A DNA stretch of 64,000 nt from the human T2T-CHM13v2.0 reference genome, Homo sapiens. The stretch is taken from the NCBI RefSeq assembly GCF_009914755.1, contig NC_060941.1, one strand, 5' to 3'. Shown here in pieces: positions 26,014-40,327 of this stretch. A program made the translations under genes and the position numbers. The notes under the pieces were generated by a model that saw only the letters and a list, made by a program, of their open reading frames with translations, was not told the DNA's origin and did not search any database. How positions within the stretch are numbered: the first letter of the stretch is position 1; every line of letters begins with the position of its first letter.

Positions 26014-28435
26014 ACTTTTTTTTTTTTTTTAATATTTGATGTTTTAATTTTCTGTTGTTCCATGTGTGCTATTATTTCAAAGACAATCATCAATGGATCA
26101 GTATTTTAACATCAATTTTAAATTTTCTACTTTTATTGCAAAATGCTGTTTCAATTTGCCTAACTCAGTTTTACATCAACAAACAGAAAGAAATGCTCCC
26201 AATTTTTCAGTGATACTAATCACTAAACTTCTTCAATTATACCTTTGTTTTCAACCATCACCTTCAGCAATTATGTTGTTTATGCTAGGGCATTTTAAAG
26301 GTTAGGAAATTCATTTCTACTATATATGAGAGCTTTAATTTTTTTTTAGTTCAGGGTTTTCAGCTAGAGCAGAGAGTTGATCTAATTATCTGATTCATTT
26401 GGGCTTTAAACCCATTGAACAGACATAGACAGATCTTATAATGTCACATAGTCCCAGTTTGCTATTAAGAATCTACGTGTCTTTGACAGCTATTTCTCTT
26501 GGCAATTTGAATTAAGTTGTGACACTGAGTTGGCTCCAGGGAAACATCTGAGTCAGGCAGAATTGGTCTTTGATGTTTTATATTTCCATTTAAGGACTTC
26601 AAATTTCCCAAGACATCCTACTTTTTAGATTTCTAGAGTCCTTAATAGCACCTCCCCCTCATCCCAATACAGGAGTCTGTAGAAGGTGCTTGCACTCACT
26701 ATGACCACAGAGGTATATGATCATTCCTGAGACTGATGATACTGAATAATTGAAGTGGGTACCACTTGGGGAGTTCTGAGAATATGGTTTGTTTCTCTAA
26801 CAAGTGTTAGAAAACCCAACTCAAATTAGCTTTAACCAAAAGAAACGATTCGAACTACTACAGTCTACGACTATGACTACAGTCATGCCTCATTTTATTG
26901 CACTTTTCTCTAAGGCACTTCACAGATAATATGTGATTTTACAAATTGAAGGTTTGTGGCAACCCTGCATCGGGCAAGTCTGTCAGTGCTATTCTTGCAA
27001 CAACATATGCTCACTTCATGTCCGTCTGTCACATCTTGGTAATCCTTACAATATTCCAAACTTATTATTATATTTATTATGGTGATCTGTCATCAATAAT
27101 ATTTGATGTTATTATTGTAATTCTTTTGGGGAACCACAAACTGTGCCCCTCTAAGACACCAAACCTAATCAATAAATGTTATATGTGTTCTGACTGCTCT
27201 AATGACTGGCTGTTCCCCCATTGGTCTCCCTCTCCTCAGGCCTCCCAATTCCCTGAGACACAACAATATTGAAATTAGGCCAATTAATAACCCTACAAAT
27301 GGCCTCTAAATGCTGAAGTGAAAGGAAGAATTGCACACCTGTCACTTCAAGTTGAAAGCTAAAATGATTACACTTAATGGGGAAGGCATGTCAAAAGCCA
27401 GGCAAGGCCAAAAGCTAGGCTTCTTGTGTTAAACAGTTAGCTAAGCTGTGAATGCAAAGGGAAAGTTCTTAAAATTAAAAACACTACTCTGCAAACACAC
27501 AAATGATAAGAAAGCAAAATTGCCTCATTGCCGATAAAGAGAAAGTTTGGGTGGTCTAGATAAGAGATGAACCAGCCATGACATTCTCTTCAGCTGAAGC
27601 CTAATCCATAGCAAGGCCCTAACTCTCTTTAATTGTACGAAAATTGAGAGAGGTGAGGAAGCTGAAGAAAAGTTGGAAGCCAGCTGATATTGGTTCATGA
27701 AGTTTAATCAAAGAATCATCTTCATAAGATAAAAGTGCAAAGTGAAGCAGCAAGTGCTGATATAGAAACTCCAGCAAGTTGTCTGGAAGATCTAGCTAAG
27801 ACCATTGATGAAGGTGGCTACACTAAACAACAGATTTTCAGTGTAGACAAAACAGCCTTCTATTGGAAGAAGATGTCATCTAGGACTTTCATAGCTCGAG
27901 AGGAGTGGTCAATGCCTGGCTTCATAGATTGAGAGGACAGGCTGACTCTCTTGTTAGAAGCTAATGCAGCTGGTGACTTTAAGTCAAAGTCAATGTTCAT
28001 TTACCATTTCAGAAATTCTATAGCCCTTAAGAATGATTCTAAATCTACCCTTCCTGTGCTTTGTAAATGAAACAACAAAGTCTGAATGGCAGCATGTCTA
28101 TTTACAGCATGATTTACTGAATATTTGAAGCCCACTGTTGAGAAAAAAAAAAAGTCTTTCAAAATTTATTGTTCATTGACAATGCACTTAGTCACCCAAG
28201 AACTGTGCTGAAAATTTCCAAGGAGATTAATGTTTTCATGCCTGCTAACACAACATCCATTCTGTAGTCCATGGATCAAGGAGTAATTTTGACTTTCAAA
28301 ATTTGTTTCTTAAGAAATACATTTTGTAAGGCTATAGCTACCATAGATATTGATTCTTCTGTTGGTTCTGGAAAAAGTAAATTGAAAACCTTCTGGAAAG
28401 ACTTCACCATTTTAGATTTCATTAAAAACATTCAT

Positions 28436-31400
28436 TTTTTTTTTACCAAAAAGTCATTCAGGAGCAAGACTGAATATCTACGTAACTGTGTGGTTCTGAG
28501 AGATTTTCTTGGTATTGATTTCTATTTTTATTGTACTGTGGTCTGAGAGTATGCTTAGTATGGTTTTGTTTTTTTGAATTTATTGAGAGTTGCTTTATGA
28601 CTGAACATGTTGTTGTTCTTAGAGTATGTTTCATATGCATATGAGAAGAATGTTCATTCTGTGTCTGACGGGTTGGAGTTACCCTGTAGATGTCTATTGG
28701 GTCCAATTGATCAAGTGTCGAATTTAAGTCCAGAATTTCTTCGTTGGTGTTCAGCCTTGATGAACTGTCTAATGCTATCAGTGGGGTGGTGGAATCCCCC
28801 ACTATTATTGTATGGCTGTTTAGGTCCTTTCATAGGACTAGAAGTACTTGTTTTATGAATCTGGGTGCTCAAATGTTGGGGGTGTATATATTTAGAATAG
28901 TTAAGCCTTCTTGTTGAATTGAACCTTTTATTACTATGTAATGCCCTTCTTTGTCCTTTTTTGCTGTTGTTGGTTTAAAGTCTGTTTTATCTAATATAAG
29001 AATAGTGAGCACTGCTTTTTTGTGTGTTCCATTTATGTGATAGATATTTCTTAAACCCTTTACTTTGAGCCTATGGGTGTTATTACATGTGAGATGGATC
29101 TCTTGAAGGCAGTAGATGAATGGTTCCTATTTTTTATTCAACTTGACACTATGTGCCTTTTAAGTGCTGTGTTTAGACCACTTACATTCAAGGTTAATAT
29201 TGAGGTGTGATAACAACAACTTATCACAAAGTTGTTAGCTAGTTGCTTTGTAGTTTCCATTGTGTGATTGCTTTATAGGGTCTGTGGACTATGTATTTAA
29301 GTGTGTTTTTTTGATAGTGGGTATTATTCTTTTGTTTCCATATTTAGAACTCCCTTAAGGACCTCTTGAAAGGCTTGTCTAGTGGTAATGAATTCCCTTA
29401 GGGATTGCTTGTCTGAGGAAGAATTTATTTCTCCTTCATTTATGAAGCTTAGTTTGGTGGGATATGAAAGTCTTGGTTGGAATTTCTTTTCTTTAAGAAT
29501 GCTTTAAATATGCTCTCAATCTGTCCTGGCTTGAAAGATTTCTGCTGAAAGTCCCCTGTTAGCCTGATAGAGTTCCTGCTGTATATGATCTGACCTTGTT
29601 CTCTAACTGCCTGTAAGTTTTTTTTCTTTAGCATTGTCTTTGAACAGTCTGGTGACTATATGCCTTGGTGATGGTTATTTTGTATAGTATCTCACAGGTG
29701 TTCTCTGGATTTATTGTACCTGGATGTCTGCCCCTCTAGCAAAATTGGAGAAATTTTCTTAAAATTGTTCCCTCAAATATATTTTCCAGGTTGTTTTCTT
29801 TTTTCCACCTCTCTCAGGAATGCCAATAATTTGTAGGTTTTGATTTACATGATCCTATATTTCTGAAAGACTTTATTCATTTTTTTGAATTCTTTTTTCT
29901 TTATTTTTGCCTGACTGGCTTAGTTTGAAAGATGGGTCTTCAAGCTGTAAAACAATTTCTTCTACTTGGTCTAGTTCATTGATAAAGCTTTCAATTATGT
30001 TTTGAAATTTCTTAAGTGAGTTTCTCAATTCCAGAGGCTCTGATTGATTTCTTCTTAAGATGTTTATTTCTTCCTTCATTTTCAATGGAGAAATTAAAAA
30101 ATTCTTTGAAGTAAATTAAAACAGAGACATAACATACCAAAATATCTGGGATGCAGTGTTAAAAGGAAAGTTTATAGCATTAAATGGCTACCTCAAAAAG
30201 TTAGAAATATCACAAATTAACAATCTGAAGTCACACCTAGAGGAAATAGGAAAAGAAGAGAAAACTAACCACAAAGCTAGCAGAAGAAAAGAAATACCTA
30301 AAATCAGAGCAGAACGGATGAAATTAAGACTCAAAAATTTATATAAAGAATCAACAAAACCCCAAATTGGTTATTTGAAAGGATAAACAAGATCAATCAA
30401 CTGCTACCTAGATTAACAAAGAAAAAATGAGAGAAGATCCAAATAACCACAATTAGAAATGACAAAAGTGACATTGCAACCAGTCCTTCAGAAATGCAAA
30501 AAAATCCTTAGAGACTGTTATGAACACCTCTGTGCACACAAACTAGAAAGTCTGGAGGAAGTGGATAAATTCCTGGAAACACACAAGATCCCAAGATTGA
30601 ATCAAGAAGAAATGGAAGCCCTGAACTGACCAATATTAATTTCTGAAATTGAACCAGTAATAAAAAAAAAGCTACTACTACTAACAACAACAACAACAAC
30701 AACAACTCTATCAGATGTGCAAAGAAGAGCTGGTACCAATACTACTAAAACTACTGCAAAAAATATCAAAGAGTAGCGACTCCTTCCTAATTCATTATAT
30801 GAGGCCAGCATCACCCTTATACCAAAACCTGGCAATGACACAATGAAAAAAGAAAACCACAGGCCAATATTCCTGATGAACATAGACACAAAAATTCTCA
30901 ATAAAATACTAGCACACTAAATCCAGCAGCACATGAAAATGTTAATTCTCCATGACCAGGTAGGCTTCATTTCTGGAAGACAAAGTTGGCTCAACATACA
31001 CAAATCAATAAATGTGATTCACCACATTAACAGAATTAAAAGCAAAAACCATATGATGATCTCCATAGATACAGGAAAAGCTTTCCATACAGAAAGTCTA
31101 CATACTTTAATAATATAAACCCTCAAGAAACTAGACATCAAAGGAACATATCTCAAAATAATATGAACCATGTATTACAAATCCACAGCCAACATTGTAC
31201 TGAATGGGCAAAACTGGAAGCTTTTCGCTTGAGAACTGGAAAGAGACAAGGATTACTACTCTCACAATTCCTATTCAACATAGATCTGGAAATCCTTGCC
31301 ACAACAATGAGGCATGAGAAAGAAATAAAAGGGATCCAAATAGGAAAAGAAAAAAATCAAACTATTTTTCTTCTCTGACAATATAATTTTATACCTAGAA

Positions 31401-33306
31401 AACCCTAAAGACTCTGTCAAAAGGCTGCTGCAACTGATAAACTACTTTGGTAAAGTTTCAGAATACAAAATTGATGTATAAAAAAATCAGTAGTATTTCT
31501 ATACACCAATAACATTCAAGCTGAGAGCCAAATCAAGAACACAGTCCCATTTACAAAAGCTACCAAAACAAAAAGCTAGGAATGCATCTCACCAAGGAGA
31601 GGAAAGATCTCTACAAGGAGAACTACAAAACATTGGTAAAAGAAATCATAGATGACTCAAAATTGGAAAAGTATTCCAAGAACTGGAAGAATTAATATGA
31701 TTTAAATGACGATACTACTCAAAGCAATCTACAAATTCAATCCTATTCCTATCATGTTACTAATGTCATTTTTTTTTCACAGAATTAGAAAAAGCTATTC
31801 TAAAATTCATAAGTAGCCAAAAAAGAGCTCAAATAGCCCAATGGATCCTAAGCAAAAAGAACAAAGCCGGAAGCATCACATTACCCAACTTCAAACTATT
31901 AATAGAAGGGTAGAAATAACCAAAATAGACATGGTACTGGTACAGAAACACAAACACATAGACCAATGTAACAGAATAGAGAACCCAGAAATAAAGCTGC
32001 ACACTAACAGCCATATAATTTTCAACAAAGGCAACCTCAGCAATGGTGAAAAGACTCCCTATTCAATAAATGGTGCTAGAATAGCTGTCTAGGCATATGC
32101 AGAAGAAGGAAACTGGACTCCTATCTTTCACCACATACAAAAATTAACTCAAGATGAATTAAAGATTTAAATGTAAGATCTCAAACTCTAAGAATCTTAG
32201 AAGAAAACCTAGAAAACACCATTCTGAACCTTGGCCTTGGGAAATAATTTATGACTGAGTCCTCAAAAGCAACTGCCAAAAAAAAAAAAAGAAAAAGAAA
32301 TTGACACATGGGACCTAATTAAACTAAGGAATTTCTGCACAGCAAAAGAAACTATCAACAGAGTAAGCAAACAACCTACAGAATGGGAGAAAATATTTGC
32401 AAACTATGCATCCAAAAAAGGTCTGATATTCAAAATCTGTAAGGAACTTACACAATTGAACAATCAAAAAACAACCCCATTAAAAAGTAAGCAAAGGACA
32501 TGAGTGGACACTTCTCAAAAGAGAAGACTTACAAGCAGCCAATAAACATAAGAAAAAATGCTCAACATTACTAATCCTCACAGAAATGTAAATCAAAACC
32601 ACAATGAGATATCATCTCATAATCGTCAGAATGGCCATTATTAAAAAGTCAAAAAACAATAGATGCTGGTGAGGCTGCAGAGAAATACGAACACTTATAC
32701 CTTGTTGGTGGGAATGTAAATTAGTTCAGCTAATGTGGAAAGCCATTTGGCAATTTCCGAAATCACTTAAAATAGAATTACCACTTAACCCAGCAGTCCT
32801 ATTTAACTGGGCATAGATCCAAAAGAAAATAAATTGTTCTACCAAAAGAATACATGCTCATACGTTCATTGTAGCACTATTCACAATAGTGAAGATATGG
32901 AATCCACCTAGATGCCCATCAACAGTAGATTACATAAAGAAAATGTGTAGATTAATACACAGCCATTAAAACAATGAGTTCATGTCATTTGCAGCAACAT
33001 GGATGCAGCTTAAGGCCATTATCCTAAGCGAATTAATGTGAAAACAGAAAACCAAATACCACATATTCTCACTTATGAGTGGGAGCTAAACAGTGGACAC
33101 TTGTGGACATAAGGATGGCAACTGGGGACACCTAGACGGGGAGAAGGGAGGGAGGCAAGGGTTGGAAAACTGTTTTGGACTGTTTGCTCAGTACCTAAGT
33201 GACAAGATCAATAGTACCCTAAATCTCAGTATTGTGTGATATATCCATGTAACAAACCTGCACATTTACCCTTAAATCTAAAATAAAAGTTGAAATTATA
33301 TAAAAA
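28436..33306 (+). mobile_element. L1PA16-like insertion (~4.9 kb) with 5' inversion (28436-30083 minus, 30084-33306 plus)
   Basis: Minus part: ORF2 EN (GDSTTPLIALDSSSR) and ORF1 fragments; plus part: rest of ORF2 and 3'UTR ending aatctaaaataaaagttg; TSD aaaaacattcat (28424-28435) / aagaacatttat (33307-33318). Confidence 0.9.
30671..30706. repeat. (CTA)n(CAA)n microsatellite inside L1 ORF2
   Basis: gctactactactaacaacaacaacaacaacaac. Confidence 0.85.
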
Positions 33307-35859
33307 AAGAACATTTATGATTTGTGGGAGGAGGTCAAAATATCAATATTGACCAGAGTTTGGAAAAAGTTGATTCCAAACCTCATGGATGACTTTCAAG
33401 GGTTCAAGACCAGTGTACAAGGTAACTGCAGATGAGGTGGAAATAGCAAGAGAACTAGAATTAGATGTGGAGCCTGAAGATGTGACTGAAATGCTGCAAT
33501 CTCATGATGTAACTTGAATGGTGGGAGAATTGCTTTTATGGATGAGCAAAGAAAGTGATTTCCTGAGATGGAAACTGCTGCTGCTGATGCTGTGAACGTA
33601 CTTGAAATGGCATATGGAATATGGAAAAGGATATTCCATAAACTTAGTTGATAAAGCAGTGTCAGGATTTGAGAGGTTTGACTTCAATTTTGAAAGAAAT
33701 TCTATTGTGGGTAAAGTGCTATTAAATAGCATTGCATGCTACAGAGACATCTTTCATGCAAAGTAGAGTCAATCAATGCAGCAAACTTCAATGTTGTTTT
33801 ATTTTGAAAAATTGCCACAGCCATCATCACCCTGATCAATCGGTAGCCATCAACAAGGCAAGACCCTCCACCAGCAAAAATATTATGACTTGCTCAAGGC
33901 TCAGATGATGATCAGCATTTTTTAGCATTATTTTTATTAAGATATGTACACTGTGCTTTTACATACAATATTATTCCACACTTAATAGACTACAGTATAG
34001 TGTAAACATAACTTTTATGTGCACTGGGAAACCAAAAATTTGTGTGACGTGCCTTATCGCAATATTCACTTTGTTGCAGTATTCTGGAATCAGACCTACA
34101 ATATCTCTGAGGTCTGCCTGTACCTTATTGCATCACTTGAATTAGGCTCAAAGGCCGGCATCAGTTTCTCTAGGATGTCTTTATTGTCACACTTTGGTGG
34201 TGGCAACTACCCAACATGATATTTTGGGAAATTTTGAAGGGAGAGTTGACTTCCTCAAAAGCTCAAGTAGAATCTCCAAATGGAGCCTGGGGCTCTGGTT
34301 GGTCTAGCCTGGGGTAGGTGCTTACATCTGAATTTGTGGCCTGGGAGATGAAATGCACTGATTGCCTTCACCTGGCGTCATTCTCCACTCTTGGAGCTGA
34401 GAACTGGTATTAGCTCCACCACAAACATGAAGGCTGAAAGTAAGGGAGTGTACTCCCCTTAAAGCAAATACAGGGTGCTCCTGCCACTGGAGTGAGACTC
34501 AATGGTGGGCAGCAGCACCAACAATGATCACAAAATAACCGCAATCATGTCTTCTCTTCCTCTGCCTTGTCTGTTTCCTCACACTGCCAACTCTGCTCCC
34601 CCTGCATTCCCTCAGCACCTCTGTTTTGATGAGTTGTCAAGAAGAAATAAAGGTCTGTGATGGCAGGTGGTTTTCTCCCAAACCTTGATCTCTCAATCTC
34701 TCATATTTTTGTAAGGATTCCATGGAACACTTTGTGTGCCTCAAACTTAAAAAATGCCATTTCCAAAAATAGTCCTTTTTTTTCTCCTGTGCCATCTGCA
34801 TTTCTCTTTTGTATAGCCAAAAACCAAACATTCTCACACATGTTCATTTACACAAATAGAACTCCTGAGATTATTCCCATTATTATACACTAATTTCCAT
34901 TTATACTCCTTAGCCCGAAAGGTGAGATTAGGAGAAGACTATACGGGAAGGAAGAGAATAGCAAAAATGATGCATGTGGTAGGGAATGGAAAGCTATCAC
35001 TTCTGTGGGTTATGGATGACATGCCCCTATTTCATGGGAATTTTACATGGTCTTGTCTGTTCTGTAAGTTTGAAGTCCAAATGAATTAGGTAACTGTATC
35101 AACTCCCTACTTCATCTGTTATTTTTATGAATGAAAATCGTAATTGAGGGGGCACTAAACATATTTTTGGAGAAATGAAATGGGGTGGTGTGCTGCCTTA
35201 ATTAGTTTCTCTAAGGAGATTTGATTTCATATCAGCTCTTATATTTGAAATTTGTACTTTTAATTAGAAGTGAGGACTTACACATAACATTTCATCTTTT
35301 TAGTGTTAAATTCATCTTTTCTGATATGTAGCATGGAACATCCTTATGTACACAGGAGTATAATATCACAATAATTTCTTATTCTGGGGAGTTATCACAT
35401 TTTTTCTTATTTGATCAAACACTTGGAAAACCAGGAATTAACATAAAATAAATCCCTGTACAAACTAATCACCATTATTTTCTTGCATTCTTAATCTGAG
35501 ATGGTAGAAAAGAAACAACTCCCCCCCTCAAAAAAAAAAAAAGCCAACAAACACTATAAATTTCATGGTAAAAAACCACGTTGCAGTGCCCCACGTGATA
35601 TGTGATTCAATGTCGGTGGCAATGTTGGTAGCTATCTGGAAGAAAAGGATGTTTCTGTCAGAATCTATGAGGTGTGCACCTTTGCTTTCTCTTGGCCTTC
35701 TGCCCCAGAGCCTCTGTAATCATGTCATTTTTTGCTGTATGGCAAGCATTGCTCTCTGAAAATTTGGTGTAAGTTCTGGGAATAGGAGAGGTATACAGAC
35801 GTGTGATTGGTAAGGAGAAGGTGGGAAGCAAAAGGATATTATCAGTTACTAAACTTCTA

Positions 35860-36060
35860 GATACTGTGTAGGCGCACTTCCTAAATCTTCTCATATTATT
35901 CATCATAACAATGCTAAGAAATGGTTATAATTATTATGATCATTTTACAGTTGAAAATCTATGGTTCAGATAAGTTAGAAACCTTAACCAAGGCAAGACA
36001 GTAACAGACTTGCTATTTGAAGTGAGGCTTCTAACTCTAAAACCCATGTCCTTCATACAC
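35860..36060 (-). mobile_element. MIR
   Basis: cattttacagttgaaaatctatggttcagataagttag...ccaaggc. Confidence 0.65.
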
Positions 36061-36583
36061 ATCTTTTTGATTGCATGGCTAACACCGTGCTTCTAAACCC
36101 TGCAGCTTTTTCTTTAAAAAAATTTGCCTGGCTTTGACTAAGGCTGACTTAGGGTTTTCTGTTCCTTAACCGTGAACTTCTAACTTCTTTTAGCATACAC
36201 ACAGCTCTGGTTCTATGTCTTAATGGATTCTTCAGAGTGCACCCTTTTCTCCTTTGCTTTTTCACATTAGAAGAAGTCTAGTTATACCTGTTTTGTCCTC
36301 TGCCCGCAAATTAATAGCCATCGTGTGACTGCATATCAGTGAAAATGCTGTGCAGGCTCAATAGTTTTACCTTTTACAGGACAGGTTATGTCTGCATCTA
36401 CAACTACATCTATCTCCTTATCAGTATCTGTATCTATTCATACGTATCTTCCTACTTCAAATACCAGCACTACCATAGTTCTATAGTTAATAGAAGCTTG
36501 TTTATATTTGTCTTTTATATTTGTTTCCTTCTTTAAAATCTTCCCCATCCTGCTCCCAACTCTGCCACGGATGACTCATATGA

Positions 36584-36964
<381 letters not shown>

Positions 36965-36989
36965 TACTCTTTTTCTTCTTATTCTACTT

Positions 36990-37225
36990 TGTTTATTTTT
37001 GCTTCAATTTTATTTTGAACTAATTTTGACTTGGAGAAAAGTTGCAAAAATAGTAAAAAGAGAGTTCTATACCACTTATCCCACTTCCCCTTACGTTAAT
37101 ATCTTGCCTAACCATAGTATAATAATCATAAACAGAAAATTAATGTTGTTTCAGTAATATTAACTAAACCGAAGATTTTATTCAAATTTCACCACTTTTT
37201 CACTAATGGCCTTTCTCTGTTTTAA
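36990..37225 (-). mobile_element. L1MC4/5-like 3' end
   Basis: gaaaagttgcaaaaatagta...gttaatatcttgcctaaccatagta. Confidence 0.65.
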
Positions 37226-37237
37226 AATTCTGCTTTT

Positions 37238-37507
37238 ACTTTTGGAGGCCGAGGCAGGCAGATAGCTTGAACCCAGGAGTTTGAGACCAGCCAAGACAAC
37301 ACAGCGTGACACTGTCTCTATGAAAAGAAAAAAGTTAGCCAGGTGTGGTGGTGTGTGTCTGTAGTCCCAGCTACTGGGGAGGCTGAGGTGGAAGGATTGC
37401 TTAAACCTGGAAAGTGAGCCGTGATCATGCTGTGATCATACCAGCCACTGCATTCCAGCCTGTGTGTCAGAGCAAGACCCTGTCTCAAAAAAAAAAAAAA
37501 AAAAAAA
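37238..37507 (+). mobile_element. AluJ, 5'-truncated
   Basis: gcttgaacccaggagtttgagacc; gaggtggaaggattgctt; poly-A tail. Confidence 0.85.
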
Positions 37508-37515
37508 TTAAATTA

Positions 37516-37879
<364 letters not shown>

Positions 37880-37899
37880 TTACCATCAGAAATTGTATT

Positions 37900-38055
37900 G
37901 TTGTTTACTTTTATTTGTTAATTTTCCATTTTCTCACCAGCATATAATCTCTGTAAAGGTAACAAATTTATTTCTTGTCACTAGGCCCTCAATGTTCAGG
38001 AAATTGTCTAGCATAGAGAAGGTGCTAAATATTTGTTGAAGAAAGGAATGGATAA
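37900..38055 (+). mobile_element. L2 3' end
   Basis: tgtctagcatagagaaggtgctaaatatttgttgaagaaaggaatg. Confidence 0.65.
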
Positions 38056-38484
38056 ATGCTCCTAGAAGGCAGGGCTGATATGGCCTGCATGTTGTTTATT
38101 CATGAATTTTGAAAAGAAGCACATGCCCATGGAAGAGTTAAAAAGGGAATGATGCTGGGAAGGATAATTTTTTCCTTTTGTTAGCTGATTACTTCTCTAC
38201 TATTATGGGATGCTTTCGTGTCCATCAAATATTTAGCAAAAGGTGATGAAAGGTGGGAATGTTCTAGCAGATTCTGGGTGCCTGGAATCTACCAATCAAT
38301 GGTAGAATGAAATGCGAACGGTAACTCAAATTGCAACTTAAAGCATCTGCTTAAAAAGCCCCACAAAAACTTGAAGAGATTGCCAATGCAATGGAAGAAA
38401 AATGGCTTCTGGGAATAAAATGTTGTAATCTGTCTTTAGCTACTCCTATGATCAAGTGTAAAATTTGGATATCTGCATGTAAAC

Positions 38485-39983
38485 ATGTGTTGATTCACAA
38501 TTAGAAAAAGAGATTCAACATTTTAAACTAACCTGATAACAATTTTTCTATAAAACACCACTTAGACAATTTTTGCTTTGTCTGAATAATGCGTACTAGC
38601 TATTGTAAGTTATCAATCTTGGAATTTTCACCCCCTCCAACAAGCTCCTCAAAACTATGATCTCTTATAATGTTGCCAAGCCTTTTCAGATGATTCTCTG
38701 GCTTAAATTTGATATTTGCTTATTATGGAGTAGAAAAAGTCATCTGAAATTTGATCATGACTTCTGGGAAATGGAGTCTTTTTCTTTTCATCTTATTTTC
38801 TGTAAGTTAAAGAAAATGGAAAACTTTCTATGTGTAAGTGATACCATTAAATGTGATTTACATTCAGAAAGACAGCTCTTGATGGTATAAACTGCGTTGG
38901 CCTTTGTACAGAAAGACACAGAGGAACAAAACAATGAGCGCCTCTCCATAAATAAGATATATCAGAGTTATAATGGATAAGTTTACTTTTCTTCACTAGG
39001 AAAACATGAATCACTTTATAAATCTCTTTTTTAAATCATATCAAATTTAAGGTTTCTTTCTCTTGGGTTAGAAGAAGAATTTTAGCTATTTCCTATGCGA
39101 AAAAGGAATTATTTGTTTAACTACTCAGTTAGTTTGTCCAGTCAGGCTTTTGTTACGTAAAGAAGGTTACCCAAAGTTAAAGTGTGAAGCAACTTGTACT
39201 ATTGTTTGTGTTAGTCACGATTCTCCAGAGAAACAGAACCAATAGGATCTATGCATATCTATGAGGAGATTTCTTTTGAGAATTAACTCATGTGACTACA
39301 GAGGCCTAGAAGTCCCACCTTCTACCGTCTGCAAATTGGAGAACCAGGAGAACCAGTGGTGTAATCCAGCCTGATTTCGAAGGCCTGAGAACGTGGGGAG
39401 CCAAGGATGTAACTTTTAGTGTGAGGTCAAAGCCCTGAGAACTGGTGGGACCATTGCTATTAAGTTCCAGAGTCCAGAGACCTGAGAACCTGAAGCCCTG
39501 ATTTCTGAAGTCAAGAAAAAACAACATCCCAGATGAAGATGAGAGAGAGAGAGAATTTGCCCTTCCTCTGTCTTTTGTTCTATTTGAGTCCTCAACAATT
39601 GGATGCTGCTAATTTGCATCGTTAGGGGGCAGATCTTCTTTACCCAGTCTGCTGATTGAAATGCCAATCTCACAAACATCCAGAAATAATGTTGTATTAG
39701 CTATGAGTATTTCTTAACCCAGTCAAGTTGACAAAAATCAGCCATCACATGGTTTATTCCAGTGTATTGATAGTAATGGATTGAATTCCAGTGTGTTGAT
39801 TCTAATGTATTGTTCCAATGTGTTGATTCACAATAAGAAAAAGAGATTAGTTTTAAAAGAATGTGAGAAAATGCTTTACTAAACGTCACTTAATTTGATA
39901 ATTTTTGCTTTGCCTGAAGAATGCATAAAAGTTATTGTAAGTTATTGAACCCATTGTTTCCACCCCCTCCAACAAGCTCCTCA
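38485..39983 (+). repeat. Diverged direct duplication, copies 38485-38651 and 39818-39983
   Basis: Shared start atgtgttgattcacaat(t/a)agaaaaagagatt and identical 23-bp end caccccctccaacaagctcctca. Confidence 0.9.
39207..39749 (-). mobile_element. MLT2B-like (ERVL) solo LTR
   Basis: ttctccagagaaacagaaccaatagg...cccagtcaagttgaca...ccatcaca; TSD ttgtt/tggtt. Confidence 0.85.
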
Positions 39984-40327
39984 GCCTTGTCTATTCGCCC
40001 ATGCTTCTAAGCAGGGTGGATGTGATGGATAGGGTGGGTCAAGAGTCAGTACAAATTATTGGGTTCAGTGGATTGGAGGTGGGGATTCAAGCAAATCTTT
40101 TAAAATTTTTAGGTAGGTTGTCCTTGCTAGGGGTTCCCCAAATGTTTCTGCCAAAAGAAAACCCATATTTGTTGCCCAGTTCTGTGGCTCTAAATGGCCC
40201 CAGCTTTTGGAATCAGCCTTGGTTTTGTCCTTTGTCATGTCAGCATCTATTTTTGTCTATTCAACTTTCAAAATATCTATCCAGATTCTGATGTCTTCTG
40301 CCTCTCTCCTCGCCACTTGCTCCAAGC

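Larger units (their letters stand above)
26880..34120 (+). mobile_element. Near full-length Tigger1 (TcMar-pogo), split by an L1; transposase degraded
   Basis: Termini cagtcatgcctc / gaggtctgcctg flanked by TA; ORF fragments [26 protein letters not shown] and [10 protein letters not shown]; net length ~2.37 kb. Confidence 0.93.
26785..34535 (-). mobile_element. MLT1K/L-like LTR (pieces ~26785-26860 and ~34123-34535) split by Tigger1
   Basis: gaaaacccaactcaaattagctttaacc on the left; ctctggttggtctagcctgggg...ctcttggagctg...tagctccacc on the right. Confidence 0.55.

Noticed and set aside
26880-34120. Possible domesticated Tigger transposase (TIGD-like gene)
   Set aside because: Many stops and frameshifts plus an L1 insertion; longest fragments are under 100 aa
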